The notes under the pieces are model-generated. The model was given only the letters and a program-made list of their open reading frames with translations. It was not told the DNA's origin and searched no databases. Shown one piece after another: positions 63,580-64,000 of a stretch of 64,000 nucleotides of DNA (positions are counted from its first letter, which is position 1; each line of letters begins with the position of its first letter). The DNA lies in assembly GCA_030264375.1 (NCBI GenBank), contig JASCQW010000112.1, positions 78,001,446 to 78,065,445 on the forward strand, written 5' to 3'. The position numbers and the translations under genes are program-made. The stretch is from Carcharhinus longimanus (taxonomy: Eukaryota).

Positions 63580-64000
63580 GGCTTTTCTAATGTTGGCTCT
63601 GCCATTCGATAAGATCATGGCTGATCTGACTTTGGCCTCATTTCCCCTCTCTCCAATAACCTTTAACTCCCTCGTTGTCAAGGATCTAACCACCTCTGCC
63701 TTACTGATATTCGGTGGGATGGATAGGATAGAGGTGGAGAGACTCTTCCCGCTCAAAAAAGACAGTAGGANNNNNNNNNNNNNNNNNNNNNNNNNNNNNN
63801 NNNNNNNNNNNNNNNNNNNNNNNNNNNNNNNNNNNNNNNNNNNNNNNNNNNNNNNNNNNNNNNNNNNNNNATGGCCTACTCCTGCTCCTATTTCTTATGT
63901 TCTTATGTTCTTATGTTCTACCTGCGCTAGTCACTGGGAACATTTTCCACAAATTTCACCACCCTTTGACAGAAAATACTTTCTCCTCATCTTCATCTTA
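63580..64000 (-). mobile_element. Old CR1 3' fragment interrupted by an opposite-strand CR1
   Basis: GCCATTCGATAAGATCATGGCTGATCTG (CR1 3' UTR, minus); resumes after 63918 with TTCCACAAATTTCACCACCCTTTGACAGAAAATACTTTCTCCTCATCT. Confidence 0.7.
63713..63917 (+). mobile_element. CR1 3' fragment (spans a gap)
   Basis: GMDRIEVERLFP-like segment; tail ATGGCCTACTCCTGCTCCTATTTCTTATGTTCTTATGTTCTTATGTT. Confidence 0.8.

Noticed and set aside
1-64000. CRISPR arrays, rRNA genes, operons or other prokaryotic systems
   Set aside because: The sequence is a vertebrate locus; no repeat-spacer arrays or such genes are seen.

Overview
Vertebrate genomic DNA. The repeat repertoire (HE1/V-type tRNA SINEs, a Deu-domain SINE, several CR1 families) points to a cartilaginous fish, probably a shark. 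The only protein-coding gene I can support is the intronless foxg1 (forkhead box G1; ATG 14983 to TAA 16215, + strand, 410 aa). It has a CCAAT/GC-box CpG promoter, two upstream ATGs (a 2-codon uORF and an out-of-frame uORF overlapping the start codon), and a ~0.85 kb 3' UTR dense in neural miRNA seed matches. The gene sits in a ~31 kb CpG-retaining, almost transposon-free domain (~3.9-34.8 kb; CpG density falls sharply near 32.4 kb). The right half (35-64 kb) is CpG-depleted and full of decayed elements: CR1 LINEs (some internally inverted or nested), SINEs, an RTE LINE, a Gypsy-type LTR element with paired LTRs and a 5-bp TSD inserted in a DeuSINE, a fossil two-gene PIF/Harbinger transposon, MITE-like pieces, and Penelope-like ends with decayed hammerhead motifs. 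Many N gaps, some flanked by duplicated sequence, indicate a draft assembly. Family names come from recognising motifs by eye, not from database searches, and repeat boundaries are approximate.
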